Below, piece after piece: positions 1 through 49,385 of a stretch of 64,000 nucleotides of DNA. The stretch is from Prorocentrum cordatum. Lineage: Eukaryota. The DNA is taken from NCBI GenBank assembly GCA_963575745.1, contig CAUYUJ010000175.1, positions 1-64,000 of the forward strand. The letters run 5' to 3'. How positions within the stretch are numbered: the stretch's first letter is position 1; every line of letters starts with the position of its first letter. The notes below the pieces were generated by a model that was not told where the DNA came from, made no database searches, and saw nothing but the letters and a program-made list of their open reading frames with translations. The position numbers and the translations under genes are program-made.

Positions 1-45
1 CGCTGTCTCTTCAAAACGAGGACCCAACACCACAGGATGGTTGGG
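1..45 (+). mobile_element. Terminus of a 77-bp-satellite element in the opposite orientation, truncated by the window edge
   Basis: Near-exact reverse complement of the element ends at 141-185 and 62174-62216, followed by an A-rich run. Confidence 0.75.
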
Positions 46-140
46 AAAAAAACATACAAAAAGACAAGTCTGCCCCACATGTTCCCATAGTTTGTCTCTG
101 CTTTTGTCTTCCCCCCCCCCCACACACACTTCCCATATTT

Positions 141-1165
141 CCCAACCATCCTGTGGTGTTGAGACCTCGTTTTGAATAGACAGCGCCCCGCGTCTCCTCC
201 TTCCTTCCTCCACCCCCTCCTCCCTTCGCCGTCCTCCCTCCTCCCTCCTCCCCCTCCCCCTCCTTGCCTTTGCTCTCGGCACACCTCGCACACGTTTCGT
301 AGCCCCATGTGGAGCTGCACCGAAGGTCCCAGTGGCCAGTGGCACAGCCCGCATGCGGTTCCCTCACCCAGGGCAGCGTTTCGTGTCCCCATAGGGAGCT
401 CCACCGAAGGCCCCAGTGGGGGTGCCCGCATGCGATTCCCCTACCCAGGGCAGCGCTTCGTGGCCCCATAGGGAGCTCCACCGAAGGCCCCAGTGGCTGC
501 TCTCGCATGCGGTTCCCCCACCCAGGGCAGCGCTTCGCGGCCCCATAGGGAGCCCCACCGAAGGCCCCAGTGGCTGCTCTCGCATGCGGTTCCCCCACCC
601 AGGGCAGCGCTTCGTGGCCCCATAGGGAGCTCCACCGAAGGCCCCGTGGTTTGCTTTTCGCAATGCGGTTCCCCTCAACCCAGTCAGCTTTCGTGGTCCA
701 ATGGGAGATCGATCGAACACCTCGAAACTCCCCAGTGGCTGCGCTCGCATGCGTTTCCCCCACCCAGGGCAGCGCTTCGTGGCCCCATAGGGAGCTCCAC
801 CGAAGGCCCCAGTGGCTGCTCTCGCATGCGGTTCCCCTACCCAGGGCAGCGCTTCGTGGCCCCAAGCTCCTCTGGAGGCCCCAGTGGCTGCTCTCGCATG
901 CGGTTCCCCCACCCAGGGCAGCGTTTCGTGGCCCCATCGGGAGCTCCACCGTAGGCCCCAGTGGGGGCGCCCGCATGCGTCCGCGCCACCCGGTACAGCG
1001 CTTCGTGGCCCCATGGGGAGCTCCACCGAAGGCCTCAGTGGCTGCATTCGCATGCGTCTCCCCACCCAGGACACCATTTCGTGGCCCCGTGGGGGGGCCC
1101 GACGAATGCGTCGCTCACAAAGACGGTACTCACAACTGCATGTGGTTGGGTCCTTCGCCAGGCTA
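141..1165 (-). mobile_element. Non-autonomous element with an internal 77-bp tandem array
   Basis: Unit gggagctccaccgaaggccccagtgg...cgtggccccata recurs at 394, 471, 548, 625 and beyond; both unique ends are shared with 62174-63715; atttccca is duplicated at 137-144 and 1166-1173. Confidence 0.8.
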
Positions 1166-1388
1166 ATTTCCCATATTCTCCTGGGACTCGACGGCTAATT
1201 GTGTCTGTGTTTGTCCCCTCCTGAAACATGATGACCATGAACGTTCGGAGGCTCGCAGGGATCTCTTGGGCCGGTGCCGATAGCACGGGGGGGCCCAGTG
1301 CAGACCCAAGGAGATCCGCGCGGACCTCTGAAGGCTCACGCTGTTATGATGCGCCCTATGGAGACGCAGAAAGACATACTAGTTTTAA

Positions 1389-1542
1389 ATCGGGCGTGTC
1401 CCTCTACAGGGGGATTGTCGACGACAAATTAAAATACTCAAACAATACTCCAAAATGGACAACACATACTCCAACAGTAGTCCCCAGGCTATTTGTTGAC
1501 TATCTTCTAATAATATTCCCCCTCTAGATAGACATGCCCGCC
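1389..1542. mobile_element. Degenerate MITE, TTAA-flanked GTCGGGC family
   Basis: ttaa|atcgggcgtgtccctctacaggggga ... tccccctctagatagacatgcccgcc|ttga. Confidence 0.65.
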
Positions 1543-1869
1543 TTGACACTGGTTCAACGCGCGTCTGTGAGGAGACGCGTGTCCGAGCGGAACATGTGGC
1601 ACTGGCATATGAGGAGGAGGAGGAGGAGGAGGAGGAGGAGGAGGAGGAAAAGGAAGGAGGAGGAGGAGGAGGAAGAGACGCGTGTCCGAGCGGAACGTGG
1701 GGCACCGGCATGTGAGACAGCATGCTGCTGCGCAGGCCGCGTGGCCCGACGGTGCCCGCCACGGAGCTCTACCTGGAAGGGCTCGGAGCGAACGCCCCGC
1801 CCCGGCGGGGGCCGGCGCGCGCATGGCATAAGCACGCCCGGGTGATGCCAGAAACTTGCCCGTCTGAGT

Positions 1870-1980
1870 GAAAACAACAGCAACAACAACAGCAGCAACA
1901 TCAACAACGGCAACAACAAGAGCAGCAGCAGCAACAATAACAACAGCGGCAGCAGCATCAACAACAGCAACAGCAACATC

Positions 1981-2057
<77 letters not shown>

Positions 2058-2164
2058 CCACAACCACAACCACAACCACAACCACAACCACAACCACAAC
2101 CACAACTACAACAATAAAATCAACGACAACAACAACAACAGCAACAACAACGACGACGACGACG

Positions 2165-2240
<76 letters not shown>
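1870..2240. repeat. (AAC)n/(CAG)n microsatellite
   Basis: Directly visible. Confidence 0.95.
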
Positions 2241-2241
<1 letters not shown>

Positions 2242-3049
2242 CACTTTAAGACTGTTCGCTCTTAGCTGCTCGCGTGTCGTTCAATCCGCATATCCCAAAC
2301 CCTGGATACCCGCCCTCTTCGTCTTCGATCGTACCCCCTTTTGGGGGGTATATTCATTCCCTGCCACGCGTGGTTGGTGAAGCCCTTGAAAACGAAGGGC
2401 AACAGATAACGGTGGACAGTTAGGACGAAGGGATCGGAGGAAGGGAGGGGAGGGGCAAGAAGGAGGGAGGACGACGATTTGCGCTGCGACTGGCGATTCA
2501 GATTGCGCGATGGCTTGCGCCAGCCACTCCAACACGTATTAACAATAAGTTTCGCCATGGGTCGCGCCGTAAACAGCGCCACGTACCACCCCCTGGAAAG
2601 AACATATAGTGGATACCCCCACAGGGGGGACGTACAGCTGCGAACTGGTGTCAGAAACAAATTTCGTGGAACCCTGAAAAGAAGCGGGATGTTGGGAGAG
2701 CGGGGCGGAAGGCGAATGAGAACTGCAGAGGTGTCGAACGGAACGTGGAAGCCCCAAGTGAGAACACGATTCTTCCATAAATTGTGAGGACGTATCACGC
2801 GGGAGCCGCGATCCGGTGGTAAATTGCAAGGAAGTCCCAAGCGAGAGCGCGATTCTTCAATAAACTGTCAGGAAGTATCAGGCGGGAGCCGCTGCTGTTG
2901 TAAACAAGGGGCCAACGACACAGTTTGACCCTCAAGACTTTCCCTGCTAAAAAAAACAAGGTGCGAGCCTGGGAAGGGCACTTCAATCAAAAAAACAATG
3001 TGCACCGGACGGGGGGGATCAACAAAATTATCCTTCAGAAATGAGAGTC
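2241..3049. mobile_element. Interspersed element embedded in (AAC)n, homologous to 31900-32424
   Basis: Both ends align between the two copies; the interiors differ. Confidence 0.72.
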
Positions 3050-3380
<331 letters not shown>

Positions 3381-6114
3381 ACTCCATACTCTGGCGTCCG
3401 CCACCGCGCCCCCGCGTCGCCCGAGGCGTCGTGGTGGGCTGTGCGGTCGGCACTGGGGCGTCCATGGGCTCCGCGCCCGCGTCGAGGACCTCACCGCGCC
3501 GCGCGCAGAGGGTGCTCGCGCGAAGGACTCGCCCCAGGGGAAGGAGGGCGAGAGAGAGAAAGAAGGAGAGGGAGGAAGAGTGAGGGAGGGAGAGGGAGGG
3601 AGGGAGGGCCAAAGACAGAGACAGAGACAGAGGCAGAGACAGAGACAGAGGCAGAAGAAGAGAGACAGAGGCAGAAGAAGAGATAGAAAGACATAGACAG
3701 AGAGAGAGGGAAAAGAGAGAGAGAGATGAATGAATATATAAGAATAAAGGAAGAAAGAAAGAAAGAAAGAACGAAATAAAGAAAGAAAGAAATAAAGAGA
3801 GACAGGCATTAGTTTTTATAACAACAATGTACACGCATACACACACACACACATACATACATGTGTATACACACATATACACACACGCCGAATCGCGATT
3901 CGGACGGGGTCTGTCTGGGCGCTTGGCGGCCCGCGCGCCAGGATCTTTTCGTCGGAGCAGCGGCGAATTGAGGCGAGGGGCTCATTGGCTTTCGGCGCAC
4001 GACAGATACGACGGGAGTTGGTCCCGAGACCCGCCGCAGCGCCGCAGGGCTGGGCGACCCGCGGCGAGAAGGGCGTACTCGGACGGCACCGTGGCGACGA
4101 CAGTGCCCATTCGCCAAGAGGTCGCACCCCAGCAAAGCACCCCTCGCGGGGGCCGAACGATGCCCCAGACCGTCCCAGACCAACGTGCCGGGCTGGTGGT
4201 GGGGGCGTGGGCGTGGGCGCAGGCAGTTGGGGCGAGACACGCCGATGATGCCACGCACCCGAGGGCGGGCCCGACACGCTGTCTCGCGTGGGCGAGCGCT
4301 GGCGAGAGCGGCGCCTGAGCGTCAGTCGCCCGGCTGCTCTGAGGCTGCGACGCTGCGACGCAGGCAGCCTGAGCTCGGGCGAGCCGCTCGCGGAGCTGGG
4401 TGGACCGCGCCAGTGCGTCGCCGCGCCACGGCTGCTGGAGGGCGCGAGCCCGACGAGCAAGGGCCAGGAGGCCCCTCGCCGTCGGAAGGCCGCGGGCCCC
4501 GGAGCCGGGACGGGGACGTGGGCCACGTCGGGCGGCCACGAGGCCTCGGCCCTGACGGCCACTGGGGGCCCTGGGGAGGCGCGGCACCGCTGCCGCTGGG
4601 AGCCGGAGCAGGCGCGGGCGCCCGCCAACTGGAGCGGAGGCACGGGCACGGGCAGCCCGCCGTTCCCCGCGGGGGGCGCGCCAGGCCCCCCCCCCCCCCG
4701 AGGCGGGAGTCGGCGAGGGCAGCCGCGGAGCAGCCCGCCGCTCCCTGGGAGGGGCGCCGCGCCGAAGGGCAGCGGCGTCGCGCGGCGGAGGGCGCCCGAG
4801 ACGACGCCGCGGGGCGCGCCCGCGGAGGGCCCGGCCGCCTCCCTGGGAGCTGCGGGGCCCGGGCCCGAGCGGGGACCAGACCGCCGCGGGGAGCGGGGTC
4901 AGCTGGCGCGGAGCGCCGTCGCGGTTGTCGAGAGCTCCCTCTGGCCCGAGGAGGAGGAGGAGGAGGAGGAGGAGGAGGAGGAGGAGGAGGAGGAGGACCC
5001 TCCCCATCGTCGGCAGCCAGGTGAGCTCCGCCCAGTCCGCCATGAGGTCGTCGAGGTCGGTGCGTGGCACGGCGCCACTGCAGGCCTGCGTTTGTCCGCA
5101 CCTGGGGCCTCCTCAGGGGGTCCAGGGCGGAAGGCGCTGTCGCGGCGACCGCCCTCCATAGCGAGACTCCCATGTCCGCAGGCCAGGGCCCCGATCGCCT
5201 CCGAGAGCGGCGGGGCATAGGCCAGAGCGGGGGCTGGACTTTCACCGGGGGCATGGGTGTTCTTGGGGGGAGGCTCAACGCTGTTGCCGAGGGCGCCCCC
5301 GAGCCCTAGAGGATCGCGGCCCTCGACGGCGACCGCGAAGGCCTTGTCACAGACTGCCTCCAGGTCGTCAGGGCTGATGCCTGGGATGGGGCTGTCAGCA
5401 GGGCCGACAGGGGACAGTCCCCCCGGGCCCATCCGGCGATGAGGGAGGCGCCGAGTGCGCGCGATGGTCGCAGGTATCCACCGCCACCCGTGGGGGAACC
5501 ACGGCGAATCGACGTCGCCACTCGGCAGCTTCGACGACACCCCTCGGAAGGGCGCGCGGCTCCACCGCCCGCGAGCGGTCATCCCGTCGCCCCCGCGGTT
5601 GAATCATTCAGCCGCGACCGAGATGCGCCCAGCGTCGATGCCAGCCTGGCCGAGGTGGCCCCTCGGTCACTTCGACGCGGCACGGCCCAGGCTTCGCGGG
5701 TCCAGGCACGACGCACGCGAGCCGGCAGATCGCACTGCGATCTGGCGGTGGGAAGGCCAGCTCTGGTCAGAAGAGCCTGGAATCCGTCGACGACGGGCCT
5801 GCTGTCCATGGAGATGTGGACAGGGCGCTCGGCCGCGCAGAGCCTGCGATCCGGCCCGCTGAACGCTCTGCGACGGCCCGTGCAGGGCAGTTTCTAATAC
5901 ATAGTTCCAATAATTTCTAATAATAATGATGAAAAATATGCATACAACAAAAAAACAAATTATCCCGGCAAAGCGACCTAACAGCAATGTGTAGGAGCAT
6001 ATCTGGAAGCATTCCCCTTACGATTCAGATGAGAATCCAGTTGTAGAATTCTGCTGTTCTCGCAGTCGTAGTCGCATTCGCGATGACAGTCGCAGTGGCA
6101 ACGGCAGTCGCAGT

Positions 6115-6450
6115 CACAGCCTCAGCCTCAGCCTGCCTCAGCCTCAGCCTCAGCCTGCCTCAGCCTCAGCCTGCCTCAGCCTCAGCCTCAGCCTGCTTCA
6201 GCCTCAGCCTCAGTCTGCCTTCAGCCTCGGCGTCAGCCTCAGGCTGCCTCAGCCTCAGCCTGCATCAGCCTCAGCCTCAGCCTCAGCCTGCCTCAGCATC
6301 AGCCTGCATCAGCCTCAGCCTCAGCCTGCCTCAGCCTCAGCCTCAGCCTGCTTCAGCCTCAGCCTCAGTCTGCCTTCAGCCTCGGCCTCAGCCTCAGCCT
6401 GCCTCAGCCTCAGCCTGCCAGCCTCAGCCTCAGCATCTGCCTCAGCATCA
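6115..6450. repeat. (CAGCCT)n hexamer repeat
   Basis: Directly visible. Confidence 0.95.
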
Positions 6451-6770
6451 AATGTGGCCCGGGAATGGAGTTCTGGGAACTCGAAGAACACGAAGTGGCC
6501 TACAGTTGGCTCCGGGCATTCAAAATCATGCCCAGGAATGGAGTTCTGGGAACTCGAAGACCACGAAGTGGCCTACAGTTGGCTCCGGGCATCCAAAATG
6601 TCGCCCGGGAATGGAGTTCTGGGAACTCGAAGACCACGAAGTGGCCTACAGTTGGCTCCGGGCATCCAAAATGTGGCCCGGGAATGGAGTTCCGGGAAGT
6701 CGAAGAGCACGAAGTGGCCTACAATTGGCTCCGGGCATTCAACATGTGGCCCGGGAATGGAGTTCTGGGA
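6450..6770. repeat. 73-bp tandem repeat, about 4.4 copies
   Basis: Unit gggaatggagttctgggaactcgaagaccacgaagtggcctacagttggctccgggcat... Confidence 0.92.
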
Positions 6771-8326
6771 GCGCCAAGAGCGATTTTGCGAGGATGTCCC
6801 AAGCGATTTCGGCTTCGGCGGTAGCCGCCGCGGGTCCTGCCCAGACCCCCCTGTGGAGTCATCTGCTGCTCTCTTTTGACACCACTAGAAACCTATCCGT
6901 CTTCGCTGTTAGGTAAAAACTAATTTTTAAGACATGATTAATTCATGAATACATTTATACATGAACTCATCGTTGCTGTCAATGCTAAATCCTTGCATTT
7001 TTAATGCATGATCCGCACGCGGAGCATGTATGAAAAACAGCACTGTACACCCTGGCAGCGAAGCTGCCATCGGCTCCCTGCACCGGCAGCGCCGGTGGGC
7101 TGGGCGGGGGCACGCACCGCCAGTGGCCGCTGTACACCCAGAGGGTGCTCGCGAAAGGGCCTGCGCAGTCGCGGCTGGGGCCCCGCCGTCTCCCCCGGGC
7201 GGCGGGCGCGTGACCAGCTGCGCGGGTCGCGGGACAGGGGGATAAAGGAGGAGGAGGAAGAGGAGGAAGAGGAGGAGGTGGACGACGAAGAGGAGGAGGA
7301 GGAGGAGGAGAAGAAGAAAGAGGAGGAGGAGGTGGACGAGGAAGAGGAGGAGGAGGAGGAGGAGGAGGTGGAGCAGGAGGAGGAGGAGGCGGAGGAGGAG
7401 GTCACAGAGGCCCGGCTCCTCCCCGGTGGGACCGCGGCGCCGCGCGCGGGGGCCTGCAGCGCCTCCGACACGGCGCTGCTGCCCGAGCGAGGTGCCGGCG
7501 GGGCCAGCAGGCGCGTGCACCGCCGGACCGCACGGCCGCGTTCCCCTCCAGGTCAACGGGGAAGGGTCCGCGGACACTCTGGTCTGGCTGCCCCCGCAGA
7601 GATCGGTCGGCGAAAAGCGGAGCTCCCACGCGGAGGTCCGCGCCCTGCCTTTGGCGCGAGCGGGCCACGTCACGGCATCGAAGCACTGCACCTGTGAGAC
7701 GGCCTGCAGCAAGCCGAGATCGCAGCGACCTGGCGATACATTGCGGAGGACGGCGCACCCTCTTGGGACACCCGGCCGAGGGCATGCTGAGCCATGTGGG
7801 CCGGACGCCTCCGTCGTCGCGAAGATGCCCAAAGCAGGCCAGGTCGAAAATGGAGCGGCGGTTGAAAGCGTCACTGCATCGGAGGCTGATCGCCTGGATG
7901 TCCGCGTGTGGGCCGGACACGCCGTCGAACAGCACAGCCCCTTGCAACGACTGGCTCGGCTCAGCTCAGCCGCGGGGGCCGCGGAGCTGCTGTCACCCAC
8001 GCACGCGGTGCTCAGCGAGCGCGGCGCGCACGGGTGCGAGACGCGTGCCCAGACGCGCGGTGAGCTCGTTGAGGTCGTCCATGTAGAAATCATCTACACC
8101 TGGGGGGAAGGAGCGGGGAAGGAACCTGCGCGCTGTGGGAGTGCCCAGACGCGCAGTGGGAGTGCAATGCCGTCGATGGACCGAGCGCTCCCCTGCAGAT
8201 GGCCGCTGTCACCAGGCGAGGGGACGGGAGCCGGCCCCTGACATGCGGGTGACGGCGGATGCGCGTGGAGCATGCGCCGCACCGCAACCACGCGGGAGGG
8301 CAGCCTGCGCGGAGAGCAAGGTTTAT

Positions 8327-8540
8327 GTCGGGCCTGTCCCCCTACCGGAGGATTTTCGACGAAATATGCAAGATGCCCCAAAAAATACCCCCAAAAGGTC
8401 AAACAAATACCCCCAAAGGTCAAAAATACCCCCAAAAGGTCAAAAAGCCAAAAATACCCCCCAAAAAAAGTAAAAAAATACCCCCAAAATACCCCCAAAA
8501 ATAGTCCGCAGACCATGTTTGGAGTCTTCTCTTGACTAGT
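8327..8540. mobile_element. Truncated GTCGGGC-family MITE (left TIR only)
   Basis: gtcgggcctgtccccctaccggaggattttcgacga followed by ccccaaaa repeats; right end uncertain. Confidence 0.6.
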
Positions 8541-8613
8541 TTGGGGGGCCTTCTTTATCTTGACCATCTTTGCTGACTTGCAGCAAGGTCGAGGCGGGCC
8601 TCTGGTGCCAGGC

Positions 8614-8820
8614 TTGGTGGTCCCCAAACGTGGTGGTGAGAACGCCCGGTGGTGAGTTTTGGGCGATTTGGGTAGTGGTTTTCGAGCGCTGGCTGGCCCA
8701 GGAAACGCAAAACCTCGTGGCGACCGCGTGTCCCCAAACCCGGTGGTGACCCAGAATTATTTTTGGGGGGGAATCGGGGTCACCACCGGGTGTCTCACCA
8801 CCTGGTTTGGAGACCACCAA
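8614..8820. mobile_element. MITE with ~42-bp TIRs and 5-bp TSD CAGGC
   Basis: ttggtggtccccaaacgtggtggtgaga...tctcaccacctggtttggagaccaccaa; caggc at 8609-8613 and 8821-8825. Confidence 0.85.
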
Positions 8821-8999
8821 CAGGCGGCCCAACCGCCTCTGGCGAGCGAGGCCCGCGCCGGCGGCCGGAGGGAGCCGCCCCGAGGCTGGCGCGGCGGGCC
8901 CTCTCTGGGACACGCCGGGCAGCCAGGCTGCGGCCCGCGGGGCGCCTCCCGCGCACGGGACGTGTACCTGATGAGCACCTGCTGTGGCAGTGAACTATA

Positions 9000-9180
9000 C
9001 TCCAGAGTTCGTAATAAAAGGGAGGGGGTCTGGACCCGCCAAGACAAGCCATTTCAGACCCCCCCCCCGTGGGAGAGCCCTCCAAAGCATCGTCCCCAGA
9101 CCCCCCCAGGCCCTCCAAGATAGCCTGGAAGAGACCCCCCCCGACATGAGACCCCCTCCCTTTTATTACGAAATCTGGAG
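9000..9180. mobile_element. MITE with 32-bp TIRs and TA TSD (Tc1/mariner-type signature)
   Basis: ta|ctccagagttcgtaataaaagggagggggtct...agaccccctcccttttattacgaaatctggag|ta. Confidence 0.9.
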
Positions 9181-9322
9181 TAACCAAATAGGAGACATGA
9201 GAAGCATAAAGGCTGGCTGGCGGGTACGTGGGGCAGAAGCCAAGCAGTGCGCAGGGCGCGGACATCGTGTCCTCGCGGTAATCCTGCGGCACGCCGGGCA
9301 GCCAGGCTGCGGCACTCGTCAA

Positions 9323-9512
9323 GTCGGGCCTGTCCCCCTACGGGGGGATTTTCGACGAGAAAATAAAAAAGCGCCCCAAAAACAGTCAAAAAGAGAGTCC
9401 CAAAATAGTCTGGGGACTCTTTTTTGAGTATGTTGTGTTGCCTTGTGGGGAGCATTTTCGGGGCATGTTTTATTTTTCGTCGAAAATCCCCCTGTAGGGG
9501 GACACGCCCGAC
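9323..9512. mobile_element. MITE, GTCGGGC family, TCAA/TTAA flanks
   Basis: ~38-bp TIR gtcgggcctgtccccctacggggggattttcgacga with its inverse at about 9477-9512. Confidence 0.88.
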
Positions 9513-9889
9513 TTAATACCAGCGGCCATCGGCCGCGGCCATCTGCGCAGGTACGCGATGCCCAGCCCTAACAGGAGACGGCTGGCCTCCCCGTGATGGG
9601 CGCCCACCACGGGGGCGGCGCGTCCCGCCTTGAGCCTGGGCACGGGCTCGTGGACAGCTGGGCTCCTCCGCTGCAGTACAGCGTCCGGGCGGGCGTCCGG
9701 GGGCGGCGGCTCCGAAGAGCGCTGAAGCTCGCGGTGGAGGTGGTGGGCGACCTCGTTGGAGACAGCGAGCCCAGAGGTCACGTCGCCTCGGCCTTCGGCT
9801 TCGGAGAGCCGTGCCTCGCGCGCCCACAGCGACATGAGGACTCCGAACGGACCGACCCCTGATGGGTCTGTTTTCCACCACCACCACCA

Positions 9890-9974
9890 TAAGTTGGAGG
9901 GGGGAAGGAGGAGGAGGAGGCGGAGGAGGAGGAGGAGGAGGAGGAGGAGGAGGACCCCCTCCCCCTCCAACTTA
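9890..9974. mobile_element. Mini inverted-repeat element enclosing (GGA)n
   Basis: taagttggaggggg ... ccccctccaactta. Confidence 0.55.
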
Positions 9975-10537
9975 CGCGAGCTGGATGGAATCGCGACATC
10001 CGATCGGATCGGTAACAGATCGGATCGCCCGCGGATCGTCCCGAATCGAGTCGAAGAACCCGGATCGCCGGGCCCGGCTCTGGCTGGCCCTGGCCGATGC
10101 TGGCGAATCGAACCGAATCAAACCCCATCGGAATCGCGGCCCCAGCCGGCGAATCTAATCGCATAGAATCGGATCGCAGGGCGGCCCTGAACCATCCCGA
10201 CCTGTTTTTCGAAGTGCGCCTAGCCGTGACCACGAGGCTCCCCTGGAGCCTCAACAAATTCAAAGGAAGATAGCCTTGCAGGTTTCGCCGCCGCCGCCGC
10301 GAGCCTGCTGCAGCATCGCGACGGCTCAAGTCGGCTCCTCCGCCGACACTGGCGACGACGACGACAACGACGACGACGACGACGACGAAGCCGACGAAGC
10401 CGCTGACGCCGACGCCGACGCCGACGTCGACGACGCCGAAGCCGACGACGACGGCGACGGACGCCGAGGCAGACCCGCGGCGCGGCGCGGCCCCGCGGCG
10501 GCGGGGGGGGACCGCGCGGGTGGGGGCGGCGGGGGGC

Positions 10538-49385
<38,848 letters not shown>

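Larger units (their letters stand above)
7993..9858 (-). pseudogene. Possible exons of an unidentified, MITE-disrupted gene
   Basis: Protein-like segments after AG acceptors: GVGPFGVLMSLWAREARLSE..., GLPRGHDVRALRTAWLLPH...GYSSLPQQVLIR (interrupted by the 9000-9180 MITE) and VDDFYMDDLNELTARLGTRLAPVRAALAEHRVRG*. No family recognised and phases not resolved. Confidence 0.35.

Noticed and set aside
11..1198. Overlapping ORFs with HWGLRWSSLWGHE repeats (also 62066-63713)
   Set aside because: These are translations of the 77-bp satellite; the unit length is not a multiple of three, so the same words appear in all frames.
6450..6770. CRISPR-like appearance of regular repeats (also the 77-bp and TCCAGGG arrays)
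   Set aside because: The whole unit repeats, with no unique spacers and no cas genes, in a eukaryotic context.
9000..9180. MITE acting as a precisely spliced introner
   Set aside because: The adjacent GT/AG pairs I tested do not restore the reading frame.
10322..10330. GGCTCAAG as an SL relic (also near 22521)
   Set aside because: Only the last 8 nt match, which is expected by chance.
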